Below, in pieces: positions 8,188-15,936 of a stretch of 58,162 bases of DNA. The first letter of the stretch is position 1; each line of letters begins with the position of its first letter. Source of the DNA: a virus (Duplodnaviria > Caudoviricetes). Location: the IMG/VR virus record IMGVR_UViG_3300015076_000001, positions 1 to 58,162 of that record; one strand, written 5' to 3'. The notes under the pieces were generated by a model. That model did not search any database. It worked only from the letters and a program-made list of their open reading frames with translations, and had not been told where the DNA came from. The translations under genes and the position numbers were made by a program.

Positions 8188-9239
8188 ACGCTCCGGTTCC
8201 GCGCCTGGCGCCCGTACGCCTTGAAGGCTTCTTCGCGCAGGTCGGTGATGGGTGTGGGGATCTTCGGCTGGCCGGTGCCGGTGTTCCCCAGGGACCTGCC
8301 GGTGCGGGCGTAAGCGCCCTGCTCGGCGTCCAGGGCGACGAGGGTTTCGGCGATCGCCAGCTCACGGATGGGTGCGGGGACGCGGTGCACGGCGACCGGC
8401 GCGGCCGAGGAGTGCGCGGCTGCGGTGGTGCCGAGCACGCCGCGTGTGACCGTCAACAGTCGTGAGGCGTAGAGGGTGGCGCCGGTGGTGTGTGCTGCCA
8501 GGGTGGTGCCGTTCTGGCCGCGGGCGACGATGAGGCTGTTGCCCGCAATGTCGGTGATCAGGACCCGCTCTGCGTCGACCAGCAGGGACTCCCCCGGGTT
8601 GAACGCGGCCCCGGATGCGACGGGGAAGACGTTGTCGGCCTTGCCTGCGGTCACACCCGACCCGCCCAGGGTTTGACCGCTGGTGGTCCAGGCCCGGTCG
8701 GTGACGGTCAGGCGTTCGGTGTCGATGCGGATGGTGTCGAGCACGTCGACGGCGGCGCCGTTGGCCACGGTGATCTGCGTGTCCCCCGACCCTGCGAGGG
8801 AGGCGAGGGTGGTGGCCGCGGTGTCCTCGTCGGCGCAGGCCCCGTAGACGCCGGTGATGGCGACGTCGCGCTGCCACGTCCCACCGGACGAGAAGCTCCC
8901 GACGCTTGCCTGGTCGATCTCCAAGCGGGTGTAGGGGGGCCCGCTGCTCTGGGGTTCGAGGAAGTACGACGTGATCGTCCTACCCCCGGACACGATGGAG
9001 GTGACGGAGATCAACTCATGGGTGCCGTCGAGATAGAGCCGGTACGCGGTACCCAGCTGGTCATCAGGCCAGTCGAGGTAGCGGGTGTCGAGCTCGGGGT
9101 AGAAGCGGCGGTGCATCTGCTGCTCCACCCGGCGGGACGCCGCATAGATGAGCCGGTCCACCTGGGCGTAGGCGCGCAGGCTCTCGTTCGTGTCTGCTGC
9201 GGTGAGGACGTCCTCACGTGAGCAGTAGGCGGGGCCCAT
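8184..9239 (-). CDS. Head-to-tail adaptor with inserted repeated beta domains
   Basis: N-terminal YCSREDV...AASRRVE, C-terminal VPAPIRELAI; two internal RGxxGTTxAAH repeats. Confidence 0.7.
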   Translation of the reverse strand: MGPAYCSREDVLTAADTNESLRAYAQVDRLIYAASRRVEQQMHRRFYPELDTRYLDWPDDQLGTAYRLYLDGTHELISVTSIVSGGRTITSYFLEPQSSGPPYTRLEIDQASVGSFSSGGTWQRDVAITGVYGACADEDTAATTLASLAGSGDTQITVANGAAVDVLDTIRIDTERLTVTDRAWTTSGQTLGGSGVTAGKADNVFPVASGAAFNPGESLLVDAERVLITDIAGNSLIVARGQNGTTLAAHTTGATLYASRLLTVTRGVLGTTAAAHSSAAPVAVHRVPAPIRELAIAETLVALDAEQGAYARTGRSLGNTGTGQPKIPTPITDLREEAFKAYGRQARNRSV

Positions 9240-9296
9240 GGCGCGCTCCTAGGTGATCGAGGGGCGACAGGGCTGGGGCGCGGTGGTCTGGCGGGG

Positions 9297-10109
9297 CTAC
9301 TTGAGGGCGACGAAGAACGCCGTGCCGGTAGTCCCGGAGACACCACTGAGCGTCACCGTCGACGGCGTAGCGGTCAGACCGGTACCCGACGTGCCGAACC
9401 GCAGGCCGGGGGCGGTCAGGCCCGCGTTGATGGCGTTTGAGGTCGACGTCCGCGACAACGCCGGGACGGTCGTGGCCGAGCCGACGAGGATCCCGACGTA
9501 GTAGACCCCGGCCGCCGCCGAATACGGGGTGACCAGGGCCGGGGTGTACACGCCCGCCGTCGTCCACGACGAGGACTGATCAGCGGTCACACCCTGTCGG
9601 GTGCCGGTGCTGTCATACAACGCCAAGTAGGAGTTGGTGAGGGTGTTGCCCGCCGTCGACACGACGATGCCGATGTTGCTGATCGTGGCCGCTACGGGCA
9701 GCTTGACCTTGACCAGTTGCAGCACGCCCGCGGTGAACACGCTCGACGAGGACGCGAGCGCCGGGTCCAACGACCAGGTAAGGAAGCCGTGATCGGACGG
9801 TGTGAACCCGGCACCGCCGCCTGTCACCGCAACGGTGATGGTGTCGGCGCCGTCGTTGACGGTGATGGTGATGCCGCTGCCTGCGACTAGCGCGGTTCCG
9901 ATCGCGTCCCGGGCTGCCTCGTCGGTGTAGGCGGTGGCGCCGGAGGCGATCGTGGCGAGCTTCGTTTCGATCACCGGCACCCGTCCGCCGGTGGCCGCGA
10001 GGTCGACGAGGGTGGCGATGACGGGGTTGTAGTCAGCCACCCGCAGCGGCGTCGACGTGCTCGGGCTGTCGACGTACGGATAGTAGGCGGGGGCGGTGTA
10101 GTCGGCCAT
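9297..10109 (-). CDS. Second fibre-like virion protein (head/neck fibre candidate)
   Basis: N-terminus aligns with 4644-6404; YTDEAARDAIG..AGSGITIT shaft motif; Ser/Thr/Gly-rich beta C-domain. Confidence 0.65.
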   Translation of the reverse strand: MADYTAPAYYPYVDSPSTSTPLRVADYNPVIATLVDLAATGGRVPVIETKLATIASGATAYTDEAARDAIGTALVAGSGITITVNDGADTITVAVTGGGAGFTPSDHGFLTWSLDPALASSSSVFTAGVLQLVKVKLPVAATISNIGIVVSTAGNTLTNSYLALYDSTGTRQGVTADQSSSWTTAGVYTPALVTPYSAAAGVYYVGILVGSATTVPALSRTSTSNAINAGLTAPGLRFGTSGTGLTATPSTVTLSGVSGTTGTAFFVALK

Positions 10110-10267
10110 CAGCTCTTGCCAGCGCCCTTACGCGGTGCCGGGGCCTCGTCCTCGACGGGCGCGGGAGTCTCGACCGCCTCGTCCTGGTGGCCGGTACCGC
10201 AGTGCGGGCAGGCGGGAGCGCCGACGGAGTAGGCGGCGGTACATGCGAGGCAATGCAGGAGGGCCAC
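10109..10267 (-). CDS. Small zinc-ribbon protein (52 aa, not in ORF track)
   Basis: AAGGA + GTG; MALLHCLACTAAYSVGAPACPHCG; TGATG overlap with the next gene. Confidence 0.6.
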   Translation of the reverse strand: MALLHCLACTAAYSVGAPACPHCGTGHQDEAVETPAPVEDEAPAPRKGAGKS

Positions 10268-10307
10268 AGCGGGCGTCCTTACGATCGAGGGCCGATGTCA
10301 GCCGTTG

Positions 10308-10526
10308 TCAGAAACGTTCGCCGCCGAAGCGGCAGAACCGCACACCACCCGGCCCGGAGATCAGGGGTTCGCCGTGGTTGGGGCAGGCCACCAGCAGCCC
10401 AGCCCTGCGGAACGCAGGGTCACGGGCCTCGCGGGTGATGGCGCGCAGGTCACCCCAGCCGCCGCCGATGTCGCCATCGCCGGGGTAGTTGCCGGGGTAG
10501 TCGCCCGGGTAGAAGCCTGCGTGCAT
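10308..10526 (-). CDS. Small zinc-binding head-region protein with N-terminal YPG repeats
   Basis: MHAGFYPGDYPGNYPGD...ACPNHGEPL...FCRFGG; TGATG overlap with the upstream gene. Confidence 0.65.
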   Translation of the reverse strand: MHAGFYPGDYPGNYPGDGDIGGGWGDLRAITREARDPAFRRAGLLVACPNHGEPLISGPGGVRFCRFGGERF

Positions 10527-10816
10527 CAGGCGAGTTCGGTGGTGCGGGCGTTTCCGTTCGCGCTCGCCCAAAGCCCGTCGACCTGCCCCGACCAGAACGG
10601 GGTGTCGGGGAAGACGAAGTTGGCGGCCGGGGCGATCTGCGCGGTGAACGACGTCGCCGATGCGGTGGCCCCGTACTTGATGAACAGGATCGCGGTGGAG
10701 TCGTTGGCGATGATCCGACCGCGCGCCGCAGGGTTGGCCGCGAACAAGGTCACGTTCGTCGCAGACGACGCCACGTTGGCCAGGGTGGGGGTGAGGCTCA
10801 GCGGCTTGGTGCTCAC
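10526..10816 (-). CDS. Small beta-rich virion protein
   Basis: 96 aa, coupled to neighbours in the head operon. Confidence 0.6.
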   Translation of the reverse strand: MSTKPLSLTPTLANVASSATNVTLFAANPAARGRIIANDSTAILFIKYGATASATSFTAQIAPAANFVFPDTPFWSGQVDGLWASANGNARTTELA

Positions 10817-11010
10817 CGGGTCGCCTTGCGCGGTGTCGGCCGCTTGTCCTGGCTGGGCTTCGCCTGAGGCTTGGGTTCAGATTCCGGCTGGGGCTCGGCC
10901 GGGGCTTCGACCTCGGACTCGGCCACCCACTCGGGCTCGGCAGTGTCGGGGCTGGACACGTCGACATGCCCGGCGTAGGTGGCGTCGCCGATCGCGTGAG
11001 CCTTCGGCAT
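10813..11010 (-). CDS. Hypothetical protein (Pro/Glu-rich)
   Basis: GGAGG SD + ATG; overlaps the next gene. Confidence 0.55.
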   Translation of the reverse strand: MPKAHAIGDATYAGHVDVSSPDTAEPEWVAESEVEAPAEPQPESEPKPQAKPSQDKRPTPRKATR

Positions 11011-11040
11011 GGTGTCCTCCCGGGGGTGTGCAAGTTGGGG

Positions 11041-11081
11041 TGCGGCAGGCGCCCCGGCTGGGGTCCGAGACGCCTGCCGCA
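11041..11081 (-). terminator. Stem-loop, probable terminator/attenuator
   Basis: Perfect 11-bp inverted repeat TGCGGCAGGCG/CGCCTGCCGCA in an intergenic gap. Confidence 0.55.
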
Positions 11082-11089
11082 GAATCAGG

Positions 11090-11551
11090 TCAGGCCGCGA
11101 CGACGACAGCGCCGAGGTCGTACGGCATCCACGTCAGCGCCCAAGGGATAGAGCCCGTGCTCGATGCCGCCGTGTTGAGACCGATTGCGCCGATCGCGAC
11201 GATGATCGGGTTACGCTGCGCCGAGATACCGCCGCCGGTGGACTTCACCAGGGCGTCACCAGCGAGGCCGGTCGTGGCCAGCAGGCCACCGACAACGAGA
11301 GCGTTGATGTCAACCGTGGTCGACAGGTCGTTGACCGTGCCCGTGGTGGGAGTGGCGACGAGCTTGACCGCGTTGGCCTGCGCCTGAATCACCGTTGTGA
11401 CCGTGCCGACGAGGCTGGTCACGATGATCCTGCCGCCGGTGACGGTGAACAGGGTGCCGGTCGCGGTCTGCGGCAGGGCGGCCGTGGCACGGTCGACCTT
11501 GTCGCCGAACGCGATCTGCCGAAGCCTGATCGCCTTGGGGGTAGAAGACAT
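11090..11551 (-). CDS. Capsid-associated/decoration protein candidate
   Basis: 153 aa beta-rich (LFTVTGGRI...), second gene after the capsid. Confidence 0.55.
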   Translation of the reverse strand: MSSTPKAIRLRQIAFGDKVDRATAALPQTATGTLFTVTGGRIIVTSLVGTVTTVIQAQANAVKLVATPTTGTVNDLSTTVDINALVVGGLLATTGLAGDALVKSTGGGISAQRNPIIVAIGAIGLNTAASSTGSIPWALTWMPYDLGAVVVAA

Positions 11552-11552
11552 T

Positions 11553-11975
11553 TCAGACCCCCAGCGCCGGGAGGTTGGCGGGGGTGCGTGCCATCTTCAG
11601 GTCGTGCACGATCGGGACAACCAGACCGGCGCCGGTGGAGGTGCACTTGATGTACTTGTAGCCATCGCTGAGCTGCGGGCCGTTGATCGTGAAGATCGCG
11701 AGACCCTGCGTGGTGGCGGTGGTGGTGATCGTCGCCGCTGCGGCCTGGGTGTTCTTCGCCCACACCACCGACCCGTCGACCTTCGTCGAGTACCACTGGG
11801 TGATCTTGACGAGGTTCTGCGCACCCGTACCGGCGGCGTCCTGCGCTTCCTGGATGGTGTAGGTGTCGCCTGCGGCGAGGATGCAGACGAAGCTGACCGC
11901 GTCGGCGTTGATCAGCGAGACGTAGACGCCGTCGCCGGTGCCCAGGACATTGAAGAGCTTGCCCAAGCCTTCCAT
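11553..11975 (-). CDS. Capsid decoration/cement protein candidate
   Basis: AAGGAG SD + ATG (MEGLGKLFNV); directly after the major capsid gene. Confidence 0.65.
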   Translation of the reverse strand: MEGLGKLFNVLGTGDGVYVSLINADAVSFVCILAAGDTYTIQEAQDAAGTGAQNLVKITQWYSTKVDGSVVWAKNTQAAAATITTTATTQGLAIFTINGPQLSDGYKYIKCTSTGAGLVVPIVHDLKMARTPANLPALGV

Positions 11976-11992
11976 GGTGGATCTCCTTCTGT

Positions 11993-12057
11993 CCCTGCCC
12001 GGGGTTGAGTGCGGGCAGGGTGGCGGCCGGTCCGGGGGTTGAGTGCCGGACCGGCCG
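11993..12057 (-). repeat. Twin hairpins with identical 10-nt loops (CACUCAACCC)
   Basis: 9-bp stem 11993-12001/12012-12020 and 12-bp stem 12024-12035/12046-12057; different stems, same loop. Confidence 0.85.
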
Positions 12058-12117
12058 GGGAAGCGACCGCCCCGAATAGGGCGGTGCGGGTGGCGCCTAG
12101 GCGCCGGGAGGGCAGGG

Positions 12118-13497
12118 TCAGCGCGTCGCGACCTGGACAAACGGGCTGAGTTGATTGGTTCCTCGGTTTGGCGTAACCGCCGACTGGAGCCACGGCCGAC
12201 CATCGACGCGCTCGATGAACCTGATCGCCGTCTGATCGTTTGCGAATTTGTAATGAGGGCTGGTGTCGGCCTGAATGGCCATGCGGTCGCCGATCAAGTA
12301 GTACCCAAAATCGACGAAGTTCACATCACCCGCAGTACCCGTGGTTTCCGCCTTCTCGGTAAAGATGACGGGCCTCCCAAGAATTGACATGGGGGGGCCG
12401 TCGACACCGGAGTTGAGCCAGATCGCGCTACCACCCGTACCCACGCTGAGGGCCATGGTGGCGAGCTCCGGGAAGGTGTCGATGTGACACACCCACACCG
12501 CCCGCGCCAGGCTCGACGGGAGCATGCGGCTGTAGGCCTTGACGATGTTCTCCCACAGGATCGTCGCCGCAGCCTGCCCGGTCTCCTTCGCCACCTGCAC
12601 CTGGGCGTTCGCCTTGAACACACCCAGGGGCTCGCCGACACCACTGCCACGGAGGAAGGCGATGTCCTCGAACCACGCGATGGCCTCGGGGAAGGCCTGG
12701 TTGATGAACGCCTCCAGCGACACCAGCGAGTCGGTGAAGAGCTCGTTGGGGACTTCGCTGTAGGCGGTGAGCTTCTTCGCCTCCAGCTTGACCCGGCCGA
12801 AGCTGGCCGAGGAGGAGGTGAGCGCGCCGGCCTCTTCCGTCCAGTACGCGGTCACGCCGCCGTAGACGTTGCTGGCGTTCGACGTGGAGTCGATCGTCGG
12901 GAACGGGACCGTCAGGGTCTCCATCGGGATCACCCGAGCGCGCGGCCGAACCACAGCGGTTTCGAGCGCGACCCGCAGGAGCTCCGAACGCAGCGTCTCC
13001 GGGATGAGGAACCCGCCATCCGCGGGAACCGTGGACCCGAAGGCGGCGCGGATCTCGTGGAGCTGGTTCTTCACCGTGTCGTGCTCGCTGCCACGGGCGC
13101 GGTGCCAGGTGTTGCGGAGGAACCGTCCGGCGATGCCGTACACGTCGGCGTCGTCGCCACCCTTGGCGGCGTTCTCGAACAGCTCATCAACCTTCACACC
13201 GGGCGCGGTCTTGCAGTAGTGCTGCCCACGGTTCTTCGGCTGCGCGTCGGCGGGTGCGAGGTTGGGCCGGATCAGAGCGTCCGGGTTTTCCTGGATGAAG
13301 GCCTGAAGGACCCGCTGGGTTTCCTCCCGCACCTGCGTGGCGAGGGTGGTGTCCTTGTTGTGGACGGCGCGGGCGTAGTTGGTGACGAACTCACCGAACT
13401 TGGCCTGGTCGCCGAAGAGTGCCTGCATGCGGCCGGAGTCGCCGAGCATCTCCTCGAGCTCGACGGCATCCGTGGGGATGACTGTGGGTGCGGTCAC
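12118..13497 (-). CDS. Major capsid protein, HK97 fold
   Basis: DGGFLIPE, WTEEAG, KKLTAY, ILGRPV, RFIERVDG motifs. Confidence 0.95.
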   Translation of the reverse strand: MTAPTVIPTDAVELEEMLGDSGRMQALFGDQAKFGEFVTNYARAVHNKDTTLATQVREETQRVLQAFIQENPDALIRPNLAPADAQPKNRGQHYCKTAPGVKVDELFENAAKGGDDADVYGIAGRFLRNTWHRARGSEHDTVKNQLHEIRAAFGSTVPADGGFLIPETLRSELLRVALETAVVRPRARVIPMETLTVPFPTIDSTSNASNVYGGVTAYWTEEAGALTSSSASFGRVKLEAKKLTAYSEVPNELFTDSLVSLEAFINQAFPEAIAWFEDIAFLRGSGVGEPLGVFKANAQVQVAKETGQAAATILWENIVKAYSRMLPSSLARAVWVCHIDTFPELATMALSVGTGGSAIWLNSGVDGPPMSILGRPVIFTEKAETTGTAGDVNFVDFGYYLIGDRMAIQADTSPHYKFANDQTAIRFIERVDGRPWLQSAVTPNRGTNQLSPFVQVATR

Positions 13498-14546
13498 GAT
13501 GCCGCCGCCTTTCGGATTGATTGCCTGAAGAGATGCGGATCCCAGGCCGCGTACGGACCTGGGGTTGGTGACCCGGCCATGGGGAGCGCGGCCGGGGTTG
13601 GTGCGTCCGCGGTCTCGACCGCAGATGTCTCGGGTGGAACAGGCGCCTCTGCCTCGGGGGCGGGCGACTCGGGGGTGCGCTGCGCGAGCCGTTCGGCGAC
13701 GGCTTCGGCGATGCGGGCTACGGCGTCGTCGTCCAGCAGCGGCGCCGTGAGGGGCGTCGGCTCGACAGGCGGGGTGTCCTCGACAGCGACGGGCTCGGGC
13801 TGCTCGACGGGCTCAACCGGGTCGTCGGTGGTGGCAGTGACCGGGGTGGGCGCCGGGGCTTCGTCGCGCCCGGCATACCGCCAGGCCGCAAGAACCCACC
13901 GGTTCGCGGCTGCTGCGACGGCCACGCCGTCGTCCCGGTTACGCGCCGGGTCTGCGGCCACCTCGTCGACCAGCCCGGCCGCGACCGCCTCGTCAGCGGT
14001 CATCCATGTCTCAACGGACATGGCTTCCAACCAGGAGTCGAGGTCGCCCTGCCCGGATCGGTCAAGGTAGAACTGGGCGATATCCCGGTCCACCTTGTCG
14101 AGGAGGTCTGCCTGGGCGCGCATATCTTCGGAGTTGCCTATAGCGAGGCTGCTCGCTTTGTGAATCATTACCTGTGATCCACGAGCCGCAATAACCCTGT
14201 CGCCGACGGTGGCGAGCACAGACGCAGCCGATGCGGCAAGGCCGTCGATATAGACGAACACTGAGGCAGGGTGCGCAGCCAATGCGGCGCGCATTCCGAT
14301 TGCCTGAAAGAAGTCCCCGCCGGGCGAGTTGATATGCAATTCAAGCCGTGATGCTTGAATGCCATTCAGCGCGGCGACGAACTCGGCGCAGCTGACGCCG
14401 AACTCCCCGCCCCACTCGTCGATGGCGTCGTAGAGGTAGATCGACGCGGCGCCACCGTCGGTGCCCAGCGCGTTGGTGACGCGGAGCGGGGTGGCGGGCG
14501 GGGTGAAGTTGGCGGGGCGCCACCGGTTTCGGGCACGTTCGGGCAT
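13494..14546 (-). CDS. ClpP-type head maturation protease
   Basis: INSPGG, GLAASAAS, MIH, ETWMTADEAVAAGLVDE; Pro/acidic C-tail. Confidence 0.92.
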   Translation of the reverse strand: MPERARNRWRPANFTPPATPLRVTNALGTDGGAASIYLYDAIDEWGGEFGVSCAEFVAALNGIQASRLELHINSPGGDFFQAIGMRAALAAHPASVFVYIDGLAASAASVLATVGDRVIAARGSQVMIHKASSLAIGNSEDMRAQADLLDKVDRDIAQFYLDRSGQGDLDSWLEAMSVETWMTADEAVAAGLVDEVAADPARNRDDGVAVAAAANRWVLAAWRYAGRDEAPAPTPVTATTDDPVEPVEQPEPVAVEDTPPVEPTPLTAPLLDDDAVARIAEAVAERLAQRTPESPAPEAEAPVPPETSAVETADAPTPAALPMAGSPTPGPYAAWDPHLFRQSIRKAAAS

Positions 14547-14606
14547 GACTGCGCGCCTCCCTTTCGGTCAGGGTTGGTCGGCGCAGTGCCGAACGATCAG
14601 GTGGGT

Positions 14607-15722
14607 TTAGTCGTCGTGGTAACGCCGCCGCTGCTGGGTCCGCTCGAAGTGGCAGTTAGCGCAGACGACGTCGCACTTTTCGATCTCCGCGTAGAGCCGC
14701 TCACGACTCGTTTGCGGCCCGGTTAAGGCGATAGTGAATAGCTTCTTCGTGCCAGGCCTGTGATCGAACTGCATCACGTAGGTCGGGTACGACACTTTGC
14801 AGTCCATGCAGGGAACGGACTTAGCCGCCTGCATAATCTCGCGGTTAGTGCGGATGTACCGGTGCTTCGCGGCGCGAGCCTTGACGGGGCTGTTCTCTCG
14901 GTACCTCGCGGACTCGGCGCGGTTAGCCTCGCGGCGCCGCTCCCGCTCCCGCTCGGTCAGGTTCGCCCATGCCTCGCGCCCCTTGACGAGCGTCGTCTCG
15001 TAGCACCTCTTGCAGGGCTTCTCGCCGATCCGCAGGTGGGCCTGATAGCCCGCTACGGTTCCGACTCGTCCTGACGGGTGGGCGTGGGTTGGGTAGTAGC
15101 AGATCGGCAAGCCTGGCAGTAGGACGTCAATTTCGGGCACGCGGCGGTCCGCGTTGCGCGCTTCCCTGCATGGGGGGCACAACGGCTGCCCGGCCAGCTG
15201 GTGGGCTCCCGCTCCTGCGACAGTGCCGGTACGGCCCGTCGGGTACCGCTCGGTTGGACGGGTGCATGCCAGTTCGGCAAGAGCCTGACCCTCGCGGAGC
15301 GCCTTCTCCTTGTAGCGCGCCTCTGCCAGGCGTGCAGCCGGGCGACGGCGCTCTTTCACATCTGCCGGTAGGGCAGCGTGACGAGCGCGGGCCGCAGCCC
15401 TGTTCCCCTCAACGCACTCGGGGCACGGTTCCTGGCCAGCAGTCACGTGCGCCCGGTAACCCGCAAAGGTGCCAGTCCTGCCCTGCGGAAAGCGGGGGGT
15501 CGCCACCTGACATGCGACTTCGCCCGGCTGGTACTGGATGCGGCGGGCGCACCCGCAACTGGTGATCGGGCGGCGCTTGGATCGGAGGTCGGTCGAGGCT
15601 GTCTCGCGGGTGTTCCCGCAGTCACACCGGCAGAGCCAATACGCCTTGCCGTCTCGGCTAGCGACGCGTTCCACGATGACGAGTCGCCCGAAGCGCTGCC
15701 CGTTGAGGTCGACGAGCTTCAC
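14607..15722 (-). CDS. Free-standing HNH endonuclease with three internal Cys/His repeats
   Basis: N-terminal DLNGQRFGRL..WLCRCDCG..SCGC; 3x GRxGTxAGxxAH..PCxxC; C-terminal CMDC..FDH..CDVVCANCH. Confidence 0.8.
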   Translation of the reverse strand: MKLVDLNGQRFGRLVIVERVASRDGKAYWLCRCDCGNTRETASTDLRSKRRPITSCGCARRIQYQPGEVACQVATPRFPQGRTGTFAGYRAHVTAGQEPCPECVEGNRAAARARHAALPADVKERRRPAARLAEARYKEKALREGQALAELACTRPTERYPTGRTGTVAGAGAHQLAGQPLCPPCREARNADRRVPEIDVLLPGLPICYYPTHAHPSGRVGTVAGYQAHLRIGEKPCKRCYETTLVKGREAWANLTERERERRREANRAESARYRENSPVKARAAKHRYIRTNREIMQAAKSVPCMDCKVSYPTYVMQFDHRPGTKKLFTIALTGPQTSRERLYAEIEKCDVVCANCHFERTQQRRRYHDD

Positions 15723-15936
15723 GCGGCCGCCGGCCTTGAGCAGGCGACGGCGGGTAGGGCATAGTTCGGCACAGCCTCGGCTCCTGTGGTGAGAGACAGG
15801 GGTTCAGGTCAGGGCCGGTGCGGGATCGCGAGTCCCGTATCGGCCTGCTTTGATCTTACCGGATTGATCTATCCGATGATCGGCATTTGGTGCCCGTTCA
15901 CCGATCCTGACCTGCGGCCTAGCGATCGGGGCAGGA

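Noticed and set aside
4644-10109. Diversity-generating retroelement acting on the fibres
   Set aside because: No reverse transcriptase and no template/variable repeat pair seen
11993-12057. CRISPR mini-array
   Set aside because: Only two 10-nt loops recur; no repeat-spacer periodicity or cas genes. No CRISPR array seen in the window
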